From: Bacteroidales bacterium | Lineage (GTDB): Bacteria > Bacteroidota > Bacteroidia > Bacteroidales > UBA12077 | Assembly (NCBI GenBank): GCA_028282585.1 | Contig: JANQHR010000135.1 | Span: 1 to 12,911 of the forward strand | Length of the DNA stretch: 12,911 nucleotides | Direction: 5' to 3' | Shown: positions 1 through 7,948 of the stretch, piece by piece | Layout of the letters: the number at the start of each line of letters is the position of its first letter | Numbering within the stretch: position 1 is the first letter of the stretch | Position numbers and translations under genes: made by a program | The notes under the pieces: model-generated | Told to the model about the DNA's origin: nothing | Database searches by the model: none | The model's input: the letters and a program-made list of their open reading frames with translations, nothing else

Positions 1-111
1 TAATTGATAACACCTTGCACAATCAGCCTATCAACCGAATCGGAAGAGGTCAAATCAAGGATTTCCCTGAATATTCAGCTTCAACCCTTGATTCACATAT
101 TTAAATTTTTA

Positions 112-2217
112 TTATTTCGGAGGGTGTATAATGAATTGATCATACAAGTAATTGATTGAATGTGTTTCTCCAATTATAGTGAGAAGATCATTTTCCCGAA
201 GAACGGTATCTCCTTTCGGAGGAAAGGAATGTCTCTTTCGTTCTACAAAAACGATTAACACATCTTTAGGCAATTTTACATCCATTACTTTTTTATTAAT
301 AAAAATAGTTGTAGGTGCATTTTTTGACAAGCGGAATGTTACATGCTGCTTATTGTGCAATAAATACTCAATTATCTTATTTCGGGTATTCAAATTAATG
401 ATATCCTTTACAAAATAATCTCGCTCTACAATATCAATAATACCGGCCAGCATTCGCAGCTGCTGTTTAGGTTTTTGATCTGAATTAACAAGAAAGAAGA
501 ATATTTTTACTTTCTCATTAACAACTTCACCGTTCTTTTTAATTGGTACCGTAATTCCTTTCTCTGAAATACTTATATAAAGCATCGGGTGTGACAGGTT
601 TTTAATCTTTGCATAAAAAAGTGAAACCTCTGGAATAATAATTTGTGATCCGGCAAGATTCTCTTTTAAAAAGTCAGTTTTTAAGTTATTTAAATCTACA
701 CTTACCTGTTTAGAGATGGAGTTTACAGTTTCATTTAGTAAGTTATCAAACTTCTTTTCATATACGAAATTTATCTTAGCACCAATAATGGTCTGGTTAA
801 AGGGGTCATCCTCCCGTAGCCCTTTTTCTCTCAGTATGGTCATAAATTCATTCTCCAATTCATCATACTGGTTCTTACCTAAAAGTGCAAACCAATGAAA
901 TATTGCGCCTTCTCTCTTTACTTTTGACTGAACAAAAAATTTAAACCACAAATAAGACAGGAGTATTATTGCAAAAGTAAAAACAAGTGGTCCCCACCCC
1001 ATGTATAACATTAATGCTATGGCAGATACAATTCCAAATAGTTGCATCCATGGATAAAGGGGAGAATGATAGCCTGGATCATACGATGCTATTTTACTGT
1101 TACGCAGAACAATTACGGATAGATTTATCGCCATAAAAATAAACAGCTGGAACGTGCTTGCAAGTTTTACGATTCCTTCTTCGGATAAGACAACAATAAA
1201 TAAAATGATTAAGACTGCTGTTAGTATAATTGCAGGGACCGGTGTGCCCCAACGACTAATTTTACTAAATTTCTCGGAAAAAAGATGATCTCTCCCCATT
1301 GCCAATGGGTAACGTGAAGTAGCCAACATACCGGCATTTCCAGTAGAAGCAAAAGCAAATAGCGCAGCAATAGTAATAATATATACCCCAGCTTTAGGGG
1401 GCAACAAACTAAATAGTTTCCCTGCCGCCGATGCTGCTGGTGAAAGATCGGAAGCTAACTGTTCACCATCAATTACTGCAACCATGACAAACACACCAAA
1501 AACATAAATCAAGCCTGTAACTAATAGCGACAAAGCCATCCCCAGAGGAATATTTCTTTCTGGCTTTTTAATTTCTTCGGCAACACTTGCTATTTGGGTT
1601 AATCCTAAAAACGAAACAAATACAAACCCGGTTGTGAATATTATACCTTCAATTCCACCTGTAAAAAATGGTAAAAAATCATTTTTGTCGAAATTTAATG
1701 AAGGCTGAGTACCAGCAAAAGTTGTCAATAACCCGTCTAGTATAAAACCACCTAAAACGATCAATAACCCAATAACCAATACTTTTTGTATGCCCGAGGA
1801 TTTTTTAGCTCCAAAAATATTAAGCACAGCAAATAGTATTGCAAAAATTATGGCTGTCTCTTTTAAAGGTATATCCAGGAAAATAGAACTATAAGCCCCA
1901 ATCCCAATTAATGCAAATGCTGTTTTTAATAAAAGTGCTATATATGATCCTATGCCTCCAATTGTTCCCATCATTGGTCCAAAACTACGATCAAGGAAAA
2001 AATAAGCTCCACCGGACCGTGGCAAAGCGGTAGATATTTCGGCAATACTAAACATCGAAGGCATAATGAGAAGTCCTGCAAATAAGTAAGCCAAAATTAC
2101 TGAAGGTCCGGTATATTGTGAAGCGAGTCCGGGCAATAAAAAAAAACCCGAACTAAACATTGCTCCGGTACTAACAGCAAAAACGTCAAATAATCCAAGT
2201 TCTTTTTTGAGTTTCAT
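112..2217 (-). CDS. APC-superfamily amino acid permease with C-terminal PTS EIIA-2-like and TrkA-C (RCK_C) domains
   Basis: 701-aa ORF. N-terminal LKKELGLF...GAMFSSGFFLLPG (APC TM1), LPRSGGAY, AEEIKKPERNIP and SRYPLAMGRD motifs over ~430 hydrophobic aa. The soluble tail contains VKIFFFLV...QQLRMLAGI (EIIA-like) and LPKDVLIVFVER...PKGDTVLRENDLLTIIG (TrkA-C). Confidence 0.9.
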   Translation of the reverse strand: MKLKKELGLFDVFAVSTGAMFSSGFFLLPGLASQYTGPSVILAYLFAGLLIMPSMFSIAEISTALPRSGGAYFFLDRSFGPMMGTIGGIGSYIALLLKTAFALIGIGAYSSIFLDIPLKETAIIFAILFAVLNIFGAKKSSGIQKVLVIGLLIVLGGFILDGLLTTFAGTQPSLNFDKNDFLPFFTGGIEGIIFTTGFVFVSFLGLTQIASVAEEIKKPERNIPLGMALSLLVTGLIYVFGVFVMVAVIDGEQLASDLSPAASAAGKLFSLLPPKAGVYIITIAALFAFASTGNAGMLATSRYPLAMGRDHLFSEKFSKISRWGTPVPAIILTAVLIILFIVVLSEEGIVKLASTFQLFIFMAINLSVIVLRNSKIASYDPGYHSPLYPWMQLFGIVSAIALMLYMGWGPLVFTFAIILLSYLWFKFFVQSKVKREGAIFHWFALLGKNQYDELENEFMTILREKGLREDDPFNQTIIGAKINFVYEKKFDNLLNETVNSISKQVSVDLNNLKTDFLKENLAGSQIIIPEVSLFYAKIKNLSHPMLYISISEKGITVPIKKNGEVVNEKVKIFFFLVNSDQKPKQQLRMLAGIIDIVERDYFVKDIINLNTRNKIIEYLLHNKQHVTFRLSKNAPTTIFINKKVMDVKLPKDVLIVFVERKRHSFPPKGDTVLRENDLLTIIGETHSINYLYDQFIIHPPK

Positions 2218-2303
2218 ATCAATACTACTTCAGATGCCTTAATAAACTAAATCTTCAAATTTATAACAATTGAAAATTTAAATTATTCAAAAAATCCCCT
2301 AAT

Positions 2304-2362
2304 TAGGAATAATCCTACTTATTATTTAGGCTTTTACCTTTTAACAAATAGGTCGATTCCTT
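2304..2362. promoter_or_regulatory. Three palindromic TAGG-N6-CCTW boxes, putative NarL/LuxR-family operator sites
   Basis: TAGGaataatCCTA 2304-2317, TAGGcttttaCCTT 2327-2340 and TAGGtcgattCCTT 2349-2362, with starts 23 and 22 bp apart, in the divergent intergenic region. Confidence 0.6.
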
Positions 2363-2385
2363 AAGTCTGTAATCCTCTCTAATTC

Positions 2386-2393
2386 TATTTTTG
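2386..2393 (+). promoter_or_regulatory. Putative Bacteroidota sigma70 -7 element (TAnnTTTG) for the USP operon
   Basis: TATTTTTG ends 23 nt before the ATG at 2417. No clear -33 TTTG lies upstream, which would fit activator dependence. Confidence 0.5.
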
Positions 2394-2416
2394 CCTTTAA
2401 AACCTTCAATATATTA

Positions 2417-3332
2417 ATGGGTGATTATTCCAGCAACAATGAGTTCAATATTTTAGTTTTGGCAGACTTTACAGCTGGTAGCTGGCAGGCATCAACGTTT
2501 GCAATGCAATTTTTGTATCAGCGAGAATCTTCTTTTTCCATATTGCAAACTTATCAAAAGCCAAATTTTGGATATTTTATGACCCGCAACCTTACTTCTA
2601 AGTTGAAAGAAATCACTTTGTACGAATTAAAAAAATTAAAAGATAAGCTCCTGTCCAACTACCAGATCGGATCAAAATGCATTGAAACAATATCAATAGA
2701 AGGAGAACTTAATTCAGTTTTACGCCACAATTCATTAATCAGTAGCCCTTACAATGTTATCCTGGGTACAAACAGTTCGTTTAAAGATTCCAACACGATA
2801 CAAAACAGATATATCAAAAAGTTAATTGATGCTGCTAAGTTTCCATTTTTTATAGTAACAGGTGAATTCGACAACCTACACAACAAAAAGCTTCTATTTG
2901 TGGGAAACCAGGATAAAAAACCTTCTCCCCGATTAACAAATAAAATCATGCAAATATGTGATGAAACAAATTCTGACCTACAGGTCCTTTTTGTTTTAAA
3001 TAAAAACTCTCCTGAAGTTTCAAATGTAGTTCTGGACTATTATTCCGAAGCTTTTAAAAATATAGAACTAGTGTCGTGTCACGCCTGCTCTGACAGCCCA
3101 AATATTGTTCTTTTGATTTTTGACTGCGTTAAAAAATCTTTATCCGGCAGCTGCCGGACTATGCGCAGATTTTTTGTCTTGTCAAAAACCAAAATAACTT
3201 CAACTTAACCGTCATTTCAGGCATGACATGACACTAGATATAAATCAAACATTTAATTCTTCAAAATACGCTGGTATTGAAAAACACACTCAAAAAAAAC
3301 CCAAAGATTTAATCATTATTGACAACAATTAA
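2417..3332 (+). pseudogene. Universal stress protein-like gene interrupted near its 3' end by a 166-bp insertion (current ORF 2417..3208 has a foreign C-terminus)
   Basis: N-terminal NILVLADFT (USP beta1). Removing 3072-3237 joins ...FKNIEL to DINQTFNSSKYAGIEKHTQKKPKDLIIIDNN* (stop 3330-3332), giving a 249-aa protein with a USP-like GI...DLIII segment. Confidence 0.75.
3068..3237. mobile_element. MITE-like fold-back element, 170 bp including both CTAG ends
   Basis: Terminal inverted repeats 3068-3087 and 3218-3237 (18/20), CTAG at both ends, nested internal inverted repeats and a perfect central palindrome TCCGGCAGCTGCCGGA (3143-3158). Excision restores the host ORF. Confidence 0.9.
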
Positions 3333-3366
3333 TTGGTGTGGCTAAAAACTGATTTACAATTTAATA

Positions 3367-4359
3367 ATGAAACAAAAACATTTAAATAATATACTTGTTC
3401 CTATTGTCTCGTCTTCTGATATTGAATTAGTTCTGAAGCAGGCAACCTACTTTCATAATATCTACAATTCAACAATAACTATTATGATGGTAGTACCTGG
3501 AATATCTTTTTTTAAGCGGGCACTCTACCAATATCAAAATACAAATCTTATCAAAAAACATGATGCATTTACCAAAGTTACCCTGAGCATTGGTGCTTTT
3601 TATTGCAATAATATACCAGACTTTATTCATATTAAGATTGTTGAAGGGAAATTTATAAAAGAAATAAAGAATGAATTGAAGCGTAAAAAGTACGATTTAC
3701 TGCTACTGAAAGAATTCAGCGAAGTAAGGGACTTATTGGACAAACTGCAGGCTATGTCAGACAAAATTATGTCCCGGATTGATTGCCCGGTTATGATTTT
3801 GCATGAAAAATGGACTGAAAATGGAATTAATGAAATTCTTATCCCCATTGATATAACCAGTAAGTGTAAAGACACACTATTCTGGGCTGCCCGCCATTCA
3901 AAAACCATAGGTGCCCGAATAAATTTTGTTTCAGTAATAAATTCATCTATTAATGTTTTTAATAGCTTAACATATAAAAGATCGCAACTCATCAAAGAAT
4001 GGATTGAAAATCAAGGTTTAGATTGCCACATAACAATACTGAAAGCATCTCCCGGTAAAATGGCTGACAAACTCATTAAATTCGCAGATAAAGGTAGTTC
4101 GGACCTGATCATGATTTTAACCCACAAAGAATATATAGCATCCCATAACCATTTAGGGAAATTTGCAAAAAAACTTATCCATAATTCGATCAAACCTGTA
4201 ATTAGTATGAGCATATACAATAAACCTATGTTTAAACTCATTGAAGATTATAATCAATACAGTCAGAAGCGTATTGAAACTTTAAATATTAAACACTATG
4301 AATTAGAAGATTTTTTGAAAATCAAACATCCAACTAATAAACTCTCAATACACTTATGA
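3367..4359 (+). CDS. Universal stress protein, tandem USP domains
   Basis: 330 aa. NNILVPIV, YDLLLL, IDCPVMIL, INEILIPIDIT, SDLIMILTH and KPVISM match a two-domain Bacteroidota USP layout. Confidence 0.85.
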   Translation: MKQKHLNNILVPIVSSSDIELVLKQATYFHNIYNSTITIMMVVPGISFFKRALYQYQNTNLIKKHDAFTKVTLSIGAFYCNNIPDFIHIKIVEGKFIKEIKNELKRKKYDLLLLKEFSEVRDLLDKLQAMSDKIMSRIDCPVMILHEKWTENGINEILIPIDITSKCKDTLFWAARHSKTIGARINFVSVINSSINVFNSLTYKRSQLIKEWIENQGLDCHITILKASPGKMADKLIKFADKGSSDLIMILTHKEYIASHNHLGKFAKKLIHNSIKPVISMSIYNKPMFKLIEDYNQYSQKRIETLNIKHYELEDFLKIKHPTNKLSIHL

Positions 4360-5225
4360 CCACAAAAAAGAATTGTATATTGGCCTTTGTCCAACCTGGT
4401 AAGTATGGAGAACAGGTATTGAAAGAAGCTTTGTTCTTTCAGCAAAATTTTGGACTTCGTTTAGTCGTATTAAATGTTATAAAATCGTTTACATTTTTTG
4501 AAAAAACAATCGGCAACAAAGACGAGGAAAATTTAATAACTGAAGCCAAAGATGAACTAATTGAGTTTGTTAAATCCAATATAAAAACTGAAATTCTTAA
4601 CGACATAACGATTTCAGTACAACCCGGCGATATTGAGTCTGTTTTAACCCGGGAAACAAATACCGGGAAATATGAATTTATTTTAATCGATAAAAGTAGA
4701 TGTGAAGAAGAAGGCCAGCCCTGTAAAAAACAGATTGATAAAATTGTAAGTGAATCAAGGTGCCCTGTTTTAACAGTTCACAAAGATGTTGGTGTTCCCG
4801 AAATCAAAAATATTGTTATCCCTATTGATATTACCCAATCAACAAAAAAAAGGCTTTTGTGGGCCAGTTTATTTGCAAAAAAATTCGATGCCAGGGTTTC
4901 CATTTTGTCTGTACTTAACACCAACATAAATGTGAGAAATAGCCTGGCTTATAAAAATGCAAATACCATAAAACATTTGTTATGGGAGCAAGGTATTGAT
5001 TGTGACGTTAAAGTCCTTGGTACTTTTGGGCAGGAAAAACACGAAGTTATATTAAACCATATTGAAAAGGAAAACCCACAATTGGTATTGATCAGGACAC
5101 ACCAGGAATCACTTTTAGCGAATTCAGGTATCGGAAAATTTGTATCTGAAATTGTACATGGATGCAAAGTTCCTGTATTCTCTGTAAACTATACACCCGA
5201 CCCTTTAAATTCATTCTTTTTGTAA
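4356..5225 (+). CDS. Universal stress protein, tandem USP domains (paralog of the upstream gene)
   Basis: 289 aa. SRCPVLTV, IKNIVIPIDIT, QLVLIRTH and IVHGCKVPVFSV. ATGA overlap with the previous stop suggests translational coupling. Confidence 0.88.
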   Translation: MTTKKNCILAFVQPGKYGEQVLKEALFFQQNFGLRLVVLNVIKSFTFFEKTIGNKDEENLITEAKDELIEFVKSNIKTEILNDITISVQPGDIESVLTRETNTGKYEFILIDKSRCEEEGQPCKKQIDKIVSESRCPVLTVHKDVGVPEIKNIVIPIDITQSTKKRLLWASLFAKKFDARVSILSVLNTNINVRNSLAYKNANTIKHLLWEQGIDCDVKVLGTFGQEKHEVILNHIEKENPQLVLIRTHQESLLANSGIGKFVSEIVHGCKVPVFSVNYTPDPLNSFFL

Positions 5226-5260
5226 TTACATAAAGAATAAAACGATGGCAGATAAGATTA

Positions 5261-5412
5261 GGTATGAAACAAGGAAGTGTATGTGCATCAGGCATAGCCG
5301 GTATTGGAGCCGGACATACTATTTTGGGTAAAACAATGATACAGCAGTATTTCCTGAATTATATGCGATTATTGCAATTGCAGCAACATTTTTAATTAGC
5401 ATGAGTTTGTAA
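5261..5412 (+). pseudogene. ntpK: C-terminal remnant of V-type ATP synthase subunit K (proteolipid), with one frameshift
   Basis: Translates as GMKQGSVCASGIAGIGAGHTILGKTMI, a 1-nt deletion at ~5342, then AVFPELYAIIAIAATFLISMSL*. This matches the Bacteroidota subunit K C-terminus as I recall it (RQGQVCANGIAAIGQGH...TLILAVFPELYAIVALAATFLI). Not in the ORF track. Confidence 0.85.
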
Positions 5413-5464
5413 ACTTTGTTAGCTTAACAATAGTTTGATTAGTTTTTATCATTGGTTTAATTAA

Positions 5465-5492
5465 GCAATCCCGTTGGAAACAGCGGGGTTGC
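5465..5492 (+). terminator. Probable intrinsic terminator hairpin
   Basis: 12-bp stem GCAATCCCGTTG / CAGCGGGGTTGC with two G-U pairs on the + strand and a GAAA tetraloop. The U-tract (ATTTC) is weak. Confidence 0.65.
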
Positions 5493-5551
5493 ATTTCAAA
5501 ATTATTAAGATCACATGTTATTGACTATTTTTACTTAAGAATTTAAAAACG

Positions 5552-6787
5552 GTGCGACTATTTAAATTGAAAATACAACGAAAGATATTATTGGTAATTG
5601 TAAGTTTTACAATTATTGCCTGTGCCGGATTAATTTATTCAGCTATAAAGAGTTTGAAATTAGATGATGATCACCTTGCACTTATCGAAAAATCTAAAAA
5701 CCTGGATATTGAAATATCACACAGCAGAATCTTTTTAGACGACTACTTTCTTTTTAATGATACGTTGAAAAAAAACTCAATTTTAAATAGTTTCAAAAAA
5801 GCTGAGGGCTATATCAATTCTCTTGACTCCTTTATCGTAAATAAATACCAGGTTAAAGCAAAATCCAATCTTTCAAATTCAGTATCCCACGTTAGTTATC
5901 ATGTGAAACAACTAAAAGAAAAAGTCATTTTAAGTTTAAACGGCAACAAGCAATCCATGGATATGGTTATCCTGGATAATTATAATGACTTTCAGAATGC
6001 GTATCAAAAGCTTGATAAAAATATTCATGATTACATTTTAAAAGAGAATAAAAAATTTAAAAAAGGTATTTTCGGTTTGGTGTTCCTTATTTTCTTTTTG
6101 CTGATATTAAGTCTGATTTTAGTCTATGGGCTCATAAATGCCTACAATGCAGTAGAGAAAAAACAGGCTATAAAAACAATCGAAGTTGAATATAAAGAAC
6201 GTAAACGAATTGCAGCTGATCTTCATGATGGTTTGGGCTCTATCCTTTCAAGCATCGCTTTATTTGTTAAGCTGGTTGAAAAAGACAGCACCGATGAAGC
6301 AATTAATAATAACCTTGTCAAAGTAAAAGAATTATCTGCCATAGCTCTTGAGAACCTTGAAGCAGCCATAAATAACCTTAACCCTTCTATTCTGAACAAA
6401 TATGGTTTGATAAAATCACTTGAAATTATTTGTGAAAAAATAAATGATACAGGAAAGGTCTTTTGCAGGGTTATCGCACAAAACAGGGAATTGAATTGTG
6501 ACTCAAATATTCAGATTAATTTGTACCGAATATGTAATGAACTAATAAACAATACACTTAAACATTCAGGCGCAACAGAATTATCTATAGATATTCAGAA
6601 AATAAAAAGAACTGTCAATTTAGTTTATAAAGACAATGGAAGCGGGTTTAACCCCGACTTAATTTATTCTTCGGATGATGAGAAAATGGGTTTGCGAAAT
6701 ATGATTAACCGAATTGAATCAATTGGTGGAAAGTATTATATAAATAACAAGAAAGGTGTTGATATAAGACTTTCGTTGAAAGTTTAA
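5552..6787 (+). CDS. Membrane sensor histidine kinase, HisKA_3 (NarX/DesK-type)
   Basis: GTG start, two TM segments flanking a ~140-aa extracytoplasmic region, H-box ERKRIAADLHDGLG, N-box ELINNTLKHS, G1 DNGSGF and G2 MGLRNM. Confidence 0.92.
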   Translation: MRLFKLKIQRKILLVIVSFTIIACAGLIYSAIKSLKLDDDHLALIEKSKNLDIEISHSRIFLDDYFLFNDTLKKNSILNSFKKAEGYINSLDSFIVNKYQVKAKSNLSNSVSHVSYHVKQLKEKVILSLNGNKQSMDMVILDNYNDFQNAYQKLDKNIHDYILKENKKFKKGIFGLVFLIFFLLILSLILVYGLINAYNAVEKKQAIKTIEVEYKERKRIAADLHDGLGSILSSIALFVKLVEKDSTDEAINNNLVKVKELSAIALENLEAAINNLNPSILNKYGLIKSLEIICEKINDTGKVFCRVIAQNRELNCDSNIQINLYRICNELINNTLKHSGATELSIDIQKIKRTVNLVYKDNGSGFNPDLIYSSDDEKMGLRNMINRIESIGGKYYINNKKGVDIRLSLKV

Positions 6788-6800
6788 AATAGATTGAAAA

Positions 6801-7463
6801 ATGGAAAATGGAAATACAAAAATAGTTATTGTTGATGACCATAAGATTTTCAGGGATGGCCTGATGCTTCTGTTGGATAAATTTGATTTTGCCTCTGTAG
6901 TTGGTGAAGCATCTAATGGGGAGGAATTTTTGGAGCTGATTGGAAAAGAATTGCCCGAGATTGTTCTTATGGATATCAACATGCCAAAAATGAATGGGAT
7001 TGAGGCTTCCAGGCTAGCCCTTCAAAAATATCCAGCTATAAAAATTATCGCACTTACCAGTTTTGCTGATGATGAATACATTGAGCAAATGATTTCTGCG
7101 GGTGTAGAAGGGTATATGCTAAAACGATCTGATATAGAAGATTTTGAAAAAGCAATAAAACGAGTAGCTGAAGGTGGAAGTTATTTTTCAGAAGAGATAA
7201 TAAAAGTAATTACAAGAAACTTATATAAAAACAAGGAGCATAGATCTGTAACTGACCAGTATACAAGTTTTACCGAAAGGGAGAAACAAATCCTGCAGCT
7301 AATTTGCAACGGCTTAAATAATGATCAAATAGCTGAGAAAGTGTTTTTAAGTACAAAAACAGTTGAAAAACACAAAAGCAGTTTGTTCCAAAAAACAGGT
7401 ACGTTTAATACAGTTAATTTAGTAATCTATGCTTTTAAAAACCAACTTGTTTCCTTTGATTAG
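6801..7463 (+). CDS. NarL/FixJ-family response regulator (REC + LuxR-type HTH)
   Basis: IVIVDDH, VLMDINMPKMNG (phosphoacceptor Asp), GYMLK and FTEREKQILQLICNGLNNDQIAEKVFLSTKTVEKHK. Starts 13 nt after the kinase stop. Confidence 0.95.
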   Translation: MENGNTKIVIVDDHKIFRDGLMLLLDKFDFASVVGEASNGEEFLELIGKELPEIVLMDINMPKMNGIEASRLALQKYPAIKIIALTSFADDEYIEQMISAGVEGYMLKRSDIEDFEKAIKRVAEGGSYFSEEIIKVITRNLYKNKEHRSVTDQYTSFTEREKQILQLICNGLNNDQIAEKVFLSTKTVEKHKSSLFQKTGTFNTVNLVIYAFKNQLVSFD

Positions 7464-7607
7464 AAGCAATAGTTAACCTATCAACAACTAATCTTTTCTA
7501 AAACCTAAAAAACTTTGAACGATTGGATTAGTAATTCTGTTTTAGTTGCTAATTGTTAAAATCATACTTTTAAAATGAGTAATAATAATGTAAGAATTTA
7601 GTACAGA

Positions 7608-7913
7608 ATGGTTGAAAAAATATTTATCACTCCTTTTCAGAAGTTTGCTAAAATGGAAAGCTTGAGCGGCATATTATTATTTGCAGCAACTATCATAGCT
7701 TTTATTTGGGCTAATTCCCCGTTTCAGGATGCATATCATGCGCTATGGCAATATAGGGTTGGGTTTATTAGCGAAAATTTCACTTTAAATAAACCACTTA
7801 TTTTATGGATTAATGATGGCTTAATGGCTATTTTCTTTTTTTTAATTGGCCTGGAATTAAAATTTCTTTTATTGAAACTTACAGGTGGAAAACAAATAAA
7901 CAAAACGAACTAA
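7608..7913 (+). pseudogene. nhaA: Truncated Na+/H+ antiporter NhaA (N-terminal ~85 aa only)
   Basis: ESLSGILLF...WANSP and WINDGLMAIFFFLIGLELK are NhaA signatures. The expected KRE continuation is absent and the ORF ends at 101 aa, versus roughly 390-450 aa for intact NhaA. Confidence 0.9.
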
Positions 7914-7948
7914 TTATTAGTTACTAATAGAATTTCAATAAATTGTCA

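Noticed and set aside
1-111. Possible gene fragment downstream of the permease (minus-strand stretch IFREILDLTSSDSVDRLIVQGVIN)
   Set aside because: No start codon in frame, no family I recognise and too short to support a call.
2138-2146. A9 tract near the 5' end of the permease as a phase-variation switch
   Set aside because: It encodes the conserved GFFLLP motif in frame, and 8-9-nt A/T runs are common in this AT-rich window.
3127-3175. Central hairpin as an intrinsic terminator, CRISPR repeat or integron attC site
   Set aside because: It is the centre of a larger CTAG-bounded insertion inside a gene. There is no repeat-spacer array, cas gene, integrase or cassette organisation.
3071-3208. 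Cys-rich C-terminus (CHAC, CxxC-like) of the 263-aa USP ORF as a metal or redox site
   Set aside because: These 45 codons are read-through into the inserted element, not native protein.
5245-5395. Small ORFs MADKIRYETRK... and MKQGSVCASG...QQHF as novel peptides
   Set aside because: Better explained as frames of the frameshifted ntpK remnant.
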